Assembly: GCA_024137785.1 (NCBI GenBank)
Contig: JAHRHZ010000221.1
Coordinates: forward strand, 62,001 to 126,000
DNA from: Ginglymostoma cirratum
Taxonomy: Eukaryota
Direction of reading: 5' to 3'
DNA: 64,000 bases
Shown here: positions 1 to 12,253 of the stretch, in pieces
Position numbering within the stretch: the first letter of the stretch is position 1
Layout: every line of letters begins with the position of its first letter
Translations under genes and position numbers: made by a program
Notes under the pieces: generated by a model
What the model saw: the letters and a program-made list of their open reading frames with translations, nothing else
Database searches by the model: none
What the model was told of the DNA's origin: nothing

Positions 1-1099
1 TAGAAATTCCTCCCAGGGAGTGAGACAAAACAGGCAGTTTTCTGGCCTGCCACTCCTCCTGCCCAGTGCCTGAGCTTGAATTCCAGGGTCTGACCTGAAA
101 TTGAATGCCAGGTGCAGTGTGGAACAGGCGGGTGATCCGATTACCCCAGGTTTCCCTCACCGCCTGTGAACAATTTCTTGGCTGCAGTGTTTGACTGTAA
201 CACGGACTGTGTGGTGGGAACATCCCTGATCATAAACACAGAATGAGTCAGGAGTCAATTTTGCTGGAGTGAAACACCTCAGTCTGTGTGATTCCAATTC
301 CCATTCTTTCTCATCAGAAAGATATCAAACTGTGGACAAATATTTCTTGTACTTGGGTGATTTTAGATGTGTTTCTGCAGTTGTTCTTGTTCAGCCTCTT
401 GTCTGAATTTGCTCTCTGGGTGCGCTCGACTTCCTTTCTCATCTTGCTTTTTGTCTTTCACCATCTTTTCTTCCTTTTTTGTTACTTCCTTTCCTTTTTC
501 TTGGTCTCTCCATCTCTTCCCCAGTTTTCATTACTCGAACTTTATCTTTCTCCTTTCTCACCCTCTCTGTCCTACAATTCCAGAAGGACAGTCCCACCAC
601 CTATCAATGCGGTTACAGCTTGAACATTCTGGAAAGATGTTGAAAGGATCAGTTCAGTATGAGGAGTGAGGTCTGCAGTAGGATGTTGATGCTGGACTGT
701 AATGGACTGGATGAGGCCCATTATAATGTATGGTGTGAGCTCCTGTTAACATTGAAAGACATTTCAAATCTCTCAGCATTAATTATTGAGGATCTAGGAG
801 CTTTTAATTTGATAACTTCTGTGGTAGGGAAAAGGTATTTAAAATTCTGAATGACATTGAGAAAGTGGATGGAGGATATAAGGGAGCAAATTAAAAGCCA
901 GACTACCACTGACACATTACAGTCCAGTCAGCCTGATGGCACAGCTGAGGAAATTTTTCAGAACAGTAATTCAGGATAAAATTGATGGCAACATCATTTC
1001 CTCAGGGTGTTCCAGTGATCTGTTATGTTCTGCCTGAAAGGACAGCAGGATCAGGTTCGGCTGTAAAGATCAAACTGGAATTGGATTGATGTTGAAAGG

Positions 1100-2375
1100 A
1101 AAACATTTGACAGCCCTCTGGGACAGTAACAGGGGAGTGGGATTGTGTGGTTAGTCACACCAAAGAGTCACCATGCACTGATATTTATAGCATGGACAGA
1201 GGGGAACCATCAGATGTAGCCTCTGGATTTTCAGAAGACTTTTGAGAAGTTACCACTCTGGGGATAAATAATTAGACTTGGGGGGAAATATACAAGTACG
1301 GATATAGAATCGGTCACGAGGCAGAAGCAGAGATTTGGAAGAAATGTATCATTCTCAGGATGGCGGGCTGTTACTATTCGAGTACAACAAAGGTCAATGG
1401 TAGTTCCACAACTGCTTGCAGTCCATATAAATGATGTAGATGTGGGGACCAATGCAAATATTTGCAAATTTTCTGATGACATCAAATTGAATGGGAACAT
1501 GATTTGTGAGGAGGGTGTAAACAGGCTTCAGGAAGATTAAACTGGCTTGGTCAGTGAGCTAGAACTGGACTTTTCAAATACAATATAAAGAAGTCTGAAG
1601 TTATTCACTTTGTTAGAAGAAAGCAGGAAGTCTAATTTGGATGCACAAGTGTCCAAAGGGATCTGGGTGTACTTGTCCATGAGTCACTCAAACCTAGTGG
1701 GTGGGTGCAGCAATTACTTCAGAAAGGAAACGATGTGTGGCATTAATTTCAAGGGGATTTGAGTACACAAGTAAAGATGCCTTCCTGCAGTTGTCTCGGG
1801 CCTTGGTGAGACCATACCCAGAGCATTGTGCACAGTTTTGGTCCCCTTCTCCAAGAAAGGATACAGTTGCCATGGAAGCAGTGCAATGGTTGTTTAACAG
1901 ACTAATTTTTGGGATGACAGGGTTGTCTAATGAAGAGGGATTGATGCAACTGGGTCTGTTTCCCCTGGAGTTTTGAAGACAGTGAGGTGATCTTACTGAA
2001 CTTACAGAATTCCTACAGGGGCTGACAGGGTGGATATAAATAGGATGTTTCCCTTGGCTGGTGAATCTTGAACCAGGGAACCAATAATCTTAGGATCAGA
2101 AACAAGTCATTTATAACTGACAAACTGAGATGAGGAGGGATTTCTTTTTTCAGAGGGTAGTGAACCTTTTGGAATTCTCTACCCATCGGGCTGTGGAAGT
2201 ACAATCATTGATCAGATTCCAGACAGAAATCAATGCAGTTCTGGAGACTGATGACGTTGAGGGATATGGAGATAAAGTAGAAGAATGGAATCGAGGGGAT
2301 GATCAACTATTGTCTAGGATGGTGGAGCAGACTTGAGAGGCTCAGTGGCCCAGTCCTGTTCCTATGTTCCTATGT
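1100..2375 (+). mobile_element. CR1-type LINE, decayed 3' part (RT C-terminus and 3' tail)
   Basis: Broken frames with CR1 ORF2 motifs (DFQKTFEK, KFSDDIKL, GFEYTSKD..LVRPYPEHCAQFWSP, LGLFPLEF); ends in the short repeat CCTATGTTCCTATGT. Confidence 0.85.
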
Positions 2376-2419
2376 CTGGATTCACACACAGTGAAAGGAT
2401 TGACAGGCCACTGGGTGTC

Positions 2420-3420
2420 TTCTGTCTTAGATAGAGAAAGCTGAGGGGTGACCTAATCAAGATGGTTAAAGTTCTGAAAGGGTTTGATTAAATGAAGTAC
2501 AAAGAGAATGGTTCGTCTTGTGGGGAAGACCTAAGGCAAAATAGGGCATTCAGTCCATTGAGTTTGCTCCACCATTCAAAGTGATTATGACTGATCTGAT
2601 CATCCTCAACTCCACTTTCCTGCCTTTCCCCCGTAATCCTTGATTCCCTTCCTGATTAAGAATTCTGTCTGTCTCAGTCTTGAATATACTTAATGACCCA
2701 GCCTCAACAGCCCTTTGCAGTAAGGAATTTCACGGATTCACTTTCTTCTATGAGAAGAAATTCTTCGTCATCTCTGTCTTAAACTGCATAACTAGAGGCC
2801 ATCAATATAGGACAGTGCCCACAGAATCTCTTTGGAACTTCTTTAGCCAAAGAGTGGTGCGAGTGTGAAGTTGTTAAAGTACAGAGTGGTTAAAGTGAAG
2901 AGTAGAGATAGATTTAAAGGGAAGCTAGACAAGCCCATAAAAGGGAAGAGAATGGATGGTTATGATGGTGTAGACAAGGATCCATCTGCTCCCTCCACCA
3001 CGAACCCTTAGTGACGGCAGTGTGCACTATCTACACAACACACTGCAACAACTCACTAAGGCACCTTCGGCAGCACCTTCCAAACCCACAACCACCAGCA
3101 TCTAGAAGGACAAGGGCAGCAAGTGCTTGTTCCTATCCAGTCTGCACACCATCTTGAAAATTATTGTTGGACATTTACTGTCACTGGTCCCAAATCCTGG
3201 AACTCCCATTCTAACACGCGAGCATATCTGTACACTAAATGGTCAGCAGGGGTTCAAGAAAATGTCTCACCATCACCTTCTCCGGGGCAATTAGGAATAG
3301 GTAATAAATACTGCATCAGATAGCGAGTTCTCAACCTAGGAATGAATAGAATAAAAGGAGGCTCGAGTGGAGTATAAACACCAGCATGGACCGATCAGGC
3401 CAAATAGACACATTCTGTGC
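2420..3420. mobile_element. Mosaic of nested LINE 3'-end fragments in both orientations
   Basis: CR1 3' motifs (CTGAGGGGTGACCTAAT; minus-strand 3' end about 2545-2790) and a second LINE tail (TCTAGAAGGACAAGGGCAGC...GGGCAATTAGG) that recurs at about 50350 and, inverted, at about 33900. Confidence 0.65.
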
Positions 3421-3504
3421 TGCATATTCTGTCAAGCTATCAAAGCTCATTTATGGCATTCGCCAAAACTCCTTGTCATTTGCTTGAAGTAGTTGCAAAG
3501 GAAA

Positions 3505-3850
3505 TAATTTGTATTTGTGTAGCACCTTCCATGAGTTCAGGATGTACCCAAGTAGTTTACAGCTTTTGAGTATATTTGAAGTGCTGTCAGTTTTCTAAAG
3601 GCAACTTGTGCAAACCAGGACCCAATGAACAATAGGATACTGACCAGATAATGTGTTTTTAATGATGTTGGCTGGGGATAAATGCTGGACAGCACATTGA
3701 GGAGTCAATTCAATGTCTGATCTAAAAGATCAGTCCCCCAACAGTCTAGTTCTCCCTCAGTAATATCAATCTAGATTTGGTGCTCAAGAATCCGCTAAAA
3801 CCTCCAAACTTTTGCCTTAAAGTGAGACTGCAACCACTGAGCCACTGCTG
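3505..3850 (-). mobile_element. Deu-domain SINE (SacSINE1-like), degenerate
   Basis: Similar to copies at about 10625-11030 and 18290-18600; resembles the recalled shark DeuSINE consensus. Confidence 0.55.
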
Positions 3851-4849
3851 AGTGAACAGTCATTGTCTGTTTTACACCAGGGACAAAAGTGAACATATCC
3901 TGCTCAACTCTTGCAAAGAAAATAACACCAGGCCGCACCCCACCCGCCTCCGGCAACTTCACTTCCTAAAACTCTGAACCATTCTGAATCTGTTGGACCT
4001 TGAGTTCTAATGGACCAGAGTATCCTTTGCCTCTGGATGATTCAGAATTACACAAAGACCTGACATGAGGTTTCACCAATTACACACTGAGGGTGAATGT
4101 GGTCTTGGCTGCAGAACACATCAGGTTACATTGAATCACCCGTGTGTTTTACAGCTGCCCAGATTTTCAATCCCATTGAGTACAGTTGGAAAGTCGCCAG
4201 GGCAGATTATAACCTGGGCTGAGATTCACACTCAGTAAAATCACTCAAGGACAGGTTCACCCTGAATATCACTTTATAAATTCCAGCTCTCTGCTGATAC
4301 AGGTATGTTCATCATTCTCCTCATTACTGCTGTACTTCAGCACAATGCTGACAGCATCAGGAATTTATCAAAGTTATCCCCAGATCCACGTCCTGACCAC
4401 CATTTCCCAACACTGTTTGATCCACTGATGAACCACGAACTACACTTACTGCCCACTGGTGCCAGGATGTGAAAGACCGTCACCTGTAAATGATGTTGAC
4501 TGATACGATCCTGTCAACCACACTGAGAAAGTCCAGCAGCTACACAAGAATCTGTGCAGAGAGAAATAGAATTAATATTTTGTCAAGTGCTTTCACCCTG
4601 AATTCTGAAACCTACAGCTGATTGATTTAGTTTCACTGTTTTCTCAAAATGCCTGAATTTATATCGTGCCTTTGGTAAAACTTTCCACAGCCAATCAACT
4701 ACATGTGAAGTGGAGTGATCAGTGGAATGTAGGGACCACAGCAACCAATATCTAGTTAAACAGCAATAAGATCATGAGATAATTAACCATTTTCAAACTC
4801 ACTGAATCAAATGGAATATTGACTTTGCACCCAAGCAGTCCGTTGAAGC

Positions 4850-5710
4850 CTGTGGGACAGGTGTATATCTGCTGTTCCCCTGAATAATGCAAGATTCCTG
4901 CCTGATAAGATGGGCTGTCTGCTTTGACCTCCATTTTGCAGCTGCCCAATGTTTTCCCAAGGTAACTTCAATAATAATTTCTTTATTTACCTCCCCACCC
5001 TGCACCAGCTCCCCCTTTCCACTGACAATCACCAACTATTCATTGGCTTTTACCAGTTGTTTGTCTGATTTTACACACACGTCCAAAATCTTGCAGCATA
5101 GAAGCTCAGTCATTAACTCTAGACAGACATTCATTGATTTCGAGTCACTCTTGACATCAAGGGACAATGAAATAAGATGAAATATGACATTGAAGTCGGT
5201 GAAAATCTAAAGGCCTGAATCACAACATTAAGAGTCTGTGGTTGTACATATTTCTCTGTACAATTGAAATATTACCCTTCCTATCCTTGTCCTGTCCCTA
5301 GTGTGACAGATTCCCTTCTGCAAGGAACCTTAAGATTGTATTAATCTGCCACTTTCTCCAGTGTGTGTGATCTGGTGCCAGTCCATGCAAATCAACAGTC
5401 ATAGCCATCTCAATTTGCCAGGGTAGGATTTGTACTCACAGCCTCTCAGACAATATATTTCTACAAGTCCTGATTCCTTTCTTGCTCGTATTGCCATTTT
5501 CTCCGGGTTAGAAATGTTACTTGTTTAGATTCGATGGTATTTTAATCTCTCAATCACTCTCACCTCAAAACAAGTCTTGCTCTAATCATAATTTTGGAGC
5601 AATATTCCTCCTTTTATGTAAATTACCATTTGGTGCTGTCTGTTCTACAACAAATTAATTGATTCGTTAATCAGTTTGTGTTTTCAGTTAATTTCTCATG
5701 TGGAGGACTG
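4850..5710. promoter_or_regulatory. Candidate J-C intronic enhancer motif cluster
   Basis: CAGGTG 4858-4863; CCATTTTGCAGCTG from 4931 (YY1-like core plus E-box); TGTGGTT 5237-5243 (RUNX); octamer ATGCAAAT 5385-5392; TCATGTGG 5696-5703 (muE3-like). Motifs only, no functional evidence. Confidence 0.3.
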
Positions 5711-5947
5711 TGACTCAGACATTGGGACACTCCCTCAGCATGTGCTCAACTCTGAAATGAGTTTGAATCCATGATTTTGATGTGAGAGTGCGACCCAACT
5801 GAGTCACAAATGACATATAAATGTGTAAACTCTGTGTGTAACAGTGTAATTGTTTTCAGAAATAGTGGTTGTAGCTTTAACCCAATCTCTCCAATTTCAT
5901 CTAATTGCCATGAATGTATTTACTGATTTTGTCTATTTACATTTCAG

Positions 5948-6280
5948 ATGTCCAGATCAAACCTTCAGTTTATCTTTCCAGTACTTCCTGTGACACAAGC
6001 TCCAATCAAGATAAGATCAGCCTCCTCTGTCTGGTCAAGGATTTCCAGCCCAGGAACATCCAACAGACATGGTCCAGCAACAATAAAGAGATCACAACTG
6101 GATTCAATAAGTATCCAGCAATCTTGGGGCAAAATATGAAGTACACAATGAGCAGTGTGCTCACTGTCTCTGCGTCAGATTGGAATGCGAACAAGGTCTA
6201 CCACTGCAAGGCGGGCTACAAGGCAAATGAAGTGGTGGAAGCTGTGATCACAAAGCCTTCGCCTCCACGTCAGCCTCAAT
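5948..6280 (+). CDS. IgW: IgW heavy chain CH1 exon
   Basis: Acceptor TTTCAG ending 5947; C1-set domain (LLCLVKDFQP..QTW..YHCKAGY) with the early Cys (STSCD) typical of light-chain-binding CH1; phase-1 donor GTTAGT at 6281 (alternative GTCAGC at 6269). Confidence 0.92.
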
Positions 6281-7517
6281 GTTAGTACAAGAGCTTACTC
6301 ACCATTCTAAGCCATAGTAGGATCCGGGGATAAAGTTGGAAAAGAGCCGTCAGCAACAAGTGAGGGAGGTTTCTGCCCAAAAGACCACGAATTAATTCTT
6401 GTCCCCATATACTCTGTCCTTGCTTAATGGCAGTGCTGCGGGGAGATAAGTAAAGACCCATGAGAAATCATTCCAAACAGGCTAAAGCAGGGCAACAACG
6501 TTGTCGCCTGTGATGCCACAATCCCAACATTTAGTTCTACCGAAGTCAGTGAAACTGAATTTCGGGGCGGTGGTAAGGGGCAGGGTGGAGTGGGGGTGGG
6601 GGGTGGGGGGGGCGCGGGGTGGAGGTGTGCGTGCGGGGGTACAGAAAAGAAATGCCACAATCTCTGTACAGTTTCTGATCCAGCTCCAATATTAGAGGCC
6701 CCGCTCTTCACCCTTTAGCACATCACCAATTTATAACAGCATACAGGAAAGGAGGCTATTAAACCCATCAGATCTGTGCCAGCATTATCAGAGATGCAAA
6801 ATTGTTCCACTCCTCTGCCTTTATCCATGATCCTGCAAATGTTTTGTATTCTAAGTAATAATCCAATTCTCATTCAAAAAATACACTTGAATGCCAGCCT
6901 CTCCCAGGGAGCGTGTTCCAGAATCAAACAAATTGCTAGGTTTGCAAAGAAAAATGCCCTCATGCCAGTCTGGATTTATTGTATCACTTATCAAGACTGA
7001 TCTTCCTGCAAATGGAAACAATTTATCTCGATCTTTTACTTGTTTTTTATCTCCCAAAATCTAGCAGTGTGGAATCTCAGTCATTAAGATCAAGACAAGA
7101 GATTGATAGATTTCTAGATAGTCTTGAAATCAAGGGATATGGGGATAATATGAATATGGCATTGAAGGAGCTGCTGAGGCATGGCACATGAACAAGGGAA
7201 GGCCAGTCAGCTCCTTGAGACTGCACCATCATTTTATTAGATCATGGCTAATCTCCACCTCAACTTCCAGTGACCTGCCTTTACTCCAGATCCCAGTAAA
7301 ATGTGATGCTGCACCTAGCAGTTGGTAGGTATGGTGCTAGCTCTCCCTACGACAGGTCACTTTGACATGCATGATTATTCTCATCAGGCTCATTATTCCC
7401 AGGCAAATCAAGGTCAATATGGAAGGCACTGGCATTGTGATGGTTTCTTTAGATTTTGGGAGAAGTGTTTGCATCTTTTCTGTTTCATGTCATCTGAAAT
7501 ATTGCAACATTCCACAG

Positions 7518-7823
7518 CTCCCCAGGTCTTCTCTGTTGTTCCATCCTGGGAGATGGTCTACAATCAAACTACTGCTGCCCTGGGGTGCATACTATCTGGA
7601 TTCTATCCTGACAGTGTACAGGTTTCCTGGTTTAAAGCCGGAGTGCCAATCTCCCAATCGGGTGCCAAACTCCCTTCCACCAAGGGAAAAGGTGATACAT
7701 TTGAAACAGTCTCTTATCTGACTGTACAGGTGGCGGATTGGAAAAAAGGGGATGAATTCACTTGCGCAGTGTCCCATGAGCCGACAAGCTTCAGGACCAG
7801 GATCAACATGAAGTATCGAGAGG
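7518..7823 (+). CDS. IgW: IgW CH2 exon
   Basis: Acceptor CCACAG; PQVFSVVPS..LGCILSGFYPDSVQVSW..FTCAVSHEP; phase-1 donor GTAAGT at 7824. Confidence 0.93.
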
Positions 7824-8296
7824 GTAAGTAGACTCTGGGAGGGAGTAAGGATACCCTATCAGAAATTCAAACTTCTAATAATCGAATGCGCGAGCACTTG
7901 CTCACAATTTTTGAATCACTGACATTGATTGTAGGGACAGGGGAGATATTTAGTATTTTCTGTTTTGATATTAAAGCCACATCTAAGTGGACTATTATAA
8001 CATGAAGCACTAAGCCTATTCAAACCCTCATTCGATTTTACTTGATGTGACTGCAATAGAAATGAAAATGGGGCGAGATGTCAAATGGTCTTCTGAAAAC
8101 ATTCACAGTTCAAATCACCTTCGGTTTCCTCCCACTGCCATCCGAGTGCTGTTTTATCAAGGAAATCTTTCCAATGCTGAATTTATATGAATTACTATGA
8201 TCTACTTCAACCGTCTCCTGAGGGAGCCAATCCCTGACATAGGGGAGGAGAGGTAAAAATGTATAACATTTAAATTTGTATCTCTTCCAATTCCAG

Positions 8297-8466
8297 GTGA
8301 AAAGCCTCCACGTCCAGGTGGAAATACTGTTCACACTTGTCCTCCTTGCCCTTGTTCTGAGTCTCCGCCCGTCCTGCTCTACCATACTAGCCTTAATGTG
8401 ACCCTCAGAAATGGTGAAAAGCACCAATATAAGTGTGCCAATCAAATGTGTAAAATAAAGTTGTGA
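8297..8466 (+). CDS. IgW: IgW cysteine-rich secretory tail exon 1 (short, 2-CH secreted form)
   Basis: Acceptor TCTCTTCCAATTCCAG; in frame with the CH2 donor; [56 protein letters not shown]; AATAAA at 8454-8459. Matches the known Cys-rich tail type of short IgW/IgX. Confidence 0.88.
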
Positions 8467-9161
8467 GTTCATTGTGAGTGGAACTGGCTGTTGAATTTCA
8501 TTACAAGTCATCTGACAGGTTCCAGTTAGTGTTTCCCAGCCAAACTACTTATCTAAGTGGTCACTTCTTGGTGACATGTACTGAGTTAGGTTGCAAGTTC
8601 CTGATCCCACTGTTTGACCCTCGCCTCTTGGCTCCGACTCAGGTTGACAAGAATTTGGAAATTATTTGTCACCCAGAGGGGACGTTACCTTGCTCCAATA
8701 AAATAGGAGCTTGAGCGCTTTCTTCAACGATTTTAGTCCTGAGGCAAATTGTTAATTCGGGACATAAGGACTGATCTGGTGTCCTGTACAACTGGTAGGT
8801 TTTGGGTGTAAACAAGGGACAGTAAAATGAGAGATGTTCCCTTCAATCCTGGATACTGACAAAAGTCAATGAAATGTTCTCAATGTTGATAAGGAGTTCA
8901 AATTGACAAAGCTTTTTTTTTTAAACTTCTCCACAAAGGTAAATGGAGTGAAATGTCCCTAACCCTGTGATTTCAACATTTACCAATGATAAGGGGAATA
9001 CTTCTGACCCTGTGTGGTTTGATTGTGGGTGAGCAAACATTAAGAATTGGTCACTAATATACAGATCAATGCTAATCTGGAAGGAAATTGCTCAAATCTT
9101 GCTGAAAGACTTGTGACAGAAATGGAACGTTTGAGGTTAATAACACGTGATCCTGCCACTT

Positions 9162-9889
9162 ATTTCATCCAGCTCCAAAACTTGTTATCTCGGATTCTCC
9201 AGCATCTGCAGTTTCTATTATCTCTGATACAATTTTAACCCCACTGCGAAGCCTCTTCTAAGGATGCCTACCCTGAAGAAGTCACCCTCCTCCCTCCGGA
9301 CAAACCTCAGGGGATCTCTCTCCCACTGCAACTCTCTCATAATCTCCTCTTCCCTATCCATCTTCTATCCGCCTCCCCCTCTCTCCCTTTTTATTTCAGA
9401 ACCCTCTTTCCCTCCCCCATTTCTGATGAAGGGTCTAGGCCCAAAATGTCAAGCTTTCCTGCTCCTATGATGCTGCTTGGCCTGCTGTGTTCATCCAGCT
9501 CCACAACTTGTTGTCTCGGATTCTCCAGCATCTGCAGTTCCTATTATCTCTGATACAATTTTAACCCCACTGTGAAGCCTCTTCTAAGGATGCCTACCCT
9601 GAAGAAGTTACCCTTCTCTCTCCAGACAAACCTCAGGGGATCTCCCTCCCACTGCAACTCTCTCATAATCTCCTCTCCACCTATCCTCTCCTCTATCCAC
9701 CTTCTATCCGCCTCCCCCTCTCTCCCTATTTATTTCAGAACCCTCTTCCCCTCCCCCATTTCTGATGAAGGGTCTAGGCCTGAACCGTCAAGCTTTCCTG
9801 CTCCGATGATGCTGCTTGGCTTGCTGTGCTCATGCAGCTCCACACCTTGTTGCCTCGGATTCACCAGCATCTGCAGTTCCTATTACTTC
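9162..9889 (+). mobile_element. Penelope-like element pseudo-LTR, tandem of about 2.2 units (period about 339 bp), with 14-bp target-site duplication
   Basis: Direct repeat units; TGATCCTGCCACTT flanks at 9148-9161 and 9890-9903; hammerhead-like CTGATGA-stem-(G)AAA motifs at 9423 and 9762; inverted copy of the same family at about 44720-45005. Confidence 0.8.
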
Positions 9890-10624
9890 TGATCCTGCCA
9901 CTTTACTGGACATCAGCTCCATCTACAGCCAGAAGAGTCGGTACCTGGTGTTGATGAATGGTTTGATGGGGACACAGATACAGTAATCATTTCTCTTTGC
10001 AAGTATTAACTCAATATGATATAGAGAGAGAATAATCAGTGTGGATCAAAGCACACACCACAGTTATGGTTTGCACAGTGAATGTTCAGAACACACAGGT
10101 TGCTGCAGGATATCTGAAGTGATAATGATTCTTTGAGAGACAAGTATAAAGAAGAACATGTGATGAATTCAATGAATGATTACCCTCAAGTCTAATAGCA
10201 TTTGAATGAAATTGGACAGCATGGGGATCATGTGCTGTAGAAATGATCTCCAACATGCAACAAGAGAGAGCTAATCGTTACTCCCTGTGATACATCCCAA
10301 GGTGGTGGAAGACCAGAGAGGAATTGCTACTGAGTCAAAAAACGCTTGGCCAATGAGATGGTTTTAAAAGGTGTCATGAAGGAGGAGAGAGAAAGAGAGA
10401 GGATAGGTCACTGAGAGATAGGGAGTGAGTTCCAGAGATTTGGACCTGGCCACCAATGCTTGGCTAAAGGGATTATAGGATTTACAAGAGATCCAAAGTG
10501 TACAGAGTTTCCAGATTATTGTAAAGCTGAAGAAGATGACAGGGAGAGGGAAGGCCAAGGCAATGGAATATTAGGATTAGAATCATAAAACAGAGGCTTC
10601 CAGTGCTGACTCCAATGAGAGAAA

Positions 10625-11030
10625 GAAAAGAAAGATTTACATTTATATATCTTTTTCACAATCACAAGACATTCTAAAGTCCTTCACAGCCAATTAGGTA
10701 TTTTAAAGTGTAGTCACCCTTGTGATGTAGGAAACATTACAACCAACCTGCACAGAAGAAACTTCCACAAAAAAATGTAAGAATGACACAGTAATCCACT
10801 TTTTGTGATGATGACTGAGTGATAAAATTGGCCAGGACATCGGCAATAGCTCTCCTGCTTTTCTTCAGAATAGTGCTCTGCCATCTCTTACTTCCACCTG
10901 AGACAGCGGTCGGGACCTGATTTTCATTTCTCAACCAAAGCAACTCCCCATGGTCTGCCCTGAACTGCTAGCTTTGAATTTTGCATTCAAGTGGATTATG
11001 ACCCCGACAATGCCAACACAGAGGCGGCAG
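10625..11030 (-). mobile_element. Deu-domain SINE (SacSINE1-like)
   Basis: AAGTGTAGTCAC..GTAGGAAAC..TTGGCCAGGACA..TCCACCTGAG motifs shared with other copies in the window. Confidence 0.6.
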
Positions 11031-11542
11031 TGTCATGGGTGAAAGAAGTGGGCTTCTCATTGATTTGGCGTACTTAACATCAGAAATCAATCCACTGTCA
11101 CACTCAATAAGAAGAATTTGTTCAATTGTTCATTTTGCTGAGTAGATTGTATCTCTGTCTCACTCCATTTCACAAATCAGAGATTGCATTTATTAATATT
11201 GTTGTCTCTGAAAACTGCTCAGTCCACAAGTCAATTGCAGGCCTTGCATGAAATCTTGATCACAGACGTAGGAAGCAGATTTGAAATGGATCTGGCTCAT
11301 TCTTAATGCAGTGACTGTACATTCTTGATCAAAACTTGCAAACGGAGAATTGCAAAACATGTTTTAAATAACCCTTGGATTTTCTAATGGTCGAGTATCT
11401 GCTGCAGATTTTCTGAATTAAAAAAGACTCTAGTTCAATGCCACTTCTGTCCCCATATTTCATTGTTTCTAATGATAGCAAAGCCTTCCCTAAACATGAG
11501 AAAATATCAATTCTTCTGAACATTTTCCTTTCCCATTCCCAG

Positions 11543-11845
11543 AAATGACTGTCTTTCTCCAAAATCCTTCAATCAAAGAGCTTTGGATCAACAAGACCGC
11601 AACCCTGGTGTGTACAGCAGTGTGTTCTGATTCCAGCCGGGTCCGGGTCACCTGGAAAGTAAATGGGAGACAGAGAAGTAAAGGGGTTACAGCTCAGCCA
11701 CAGAGAGAGGAAGGCACCCAATACATCGTCGTCAGCCAACTCCGAACCACAGCAGCGGAGTGGGAGAGTGGGGTAGAGTTTGTGTGTTCTGCTCAAAGTG
11801 GTCCCTCATCCTCACCAGTGTCAAAGCGGTCAAGGAGTGTAAAAG
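11543..11845 (+). CDS. IgW: IgW CH3 exon
   Basis: Acceptor TTCCCAG; MTVFLQNPSIKELWINKTATLVC..W..FVCSAQ (homologous to IgNAR C2); phase-1 donor GTGGGC at 11846. Confidence 0.92.
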
Positions 11846-11935
11846 GTGGGCAAGAGATCAAAAATTACATATCTGACTTTGCCAAGCTTGAAGTAAAGAG
11901 TTTAACACCTTCTTTGTTTTGCCTGTCTGTTCCAG

Positions 11936-12253
11936 TTCTGCAAAAAAGTCCCGAGGTCAGACTGCTGCCTCCACCGGCCCAAGAGACCAAGAATCAGAGC
12001 AGAGTTACACTCGAGTGTGTAATCACTGGATTCTACCCAGACCTCATACAGGTCTCCTGGGAGAAGGATAGCAGCCTGATCTCCTCCAATACCCGTGCTG
12101 GCCTCACTGCTCTGGAGCAGACGGGGACATTCAGTGTCAGGCACTACCTGACTGTGAGCACAGAGGAGTGGAGGAAAGGTTCAGTCTTCACCTGTGTAGT
12201 GTCTCATCCACCATCCAACTTTACCAGCAGTAAGGAGGTGAAGAATGTTCAAG
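11936..12253 (+). CDS. IgW: IgW CH4 exon
   Basis: Acceptor GTTCCAG; PEVRLLPPP..LECVITGFYPDLIQVSW..FTCVVSHPPS; phase-1 donor GTAAGT at 12254. Confidence 0.93.

Noticed and set aside
288-669. Hydrophobic or Cys-rich ORFs
   Set aside because: Products of a CT-rich low-complexity tract; no domain or splice support.
1452-1459. Octamer ATGCAAAT
   Set aside because: Lies within CR1 RT coding remnant; likely incidental.
1-5947. V, D or J segments upstream of CH1
   Set aside because: No WGxG J motif with a donor and RSS and no V-domain frame seen; they presumably lie upstream of the window.
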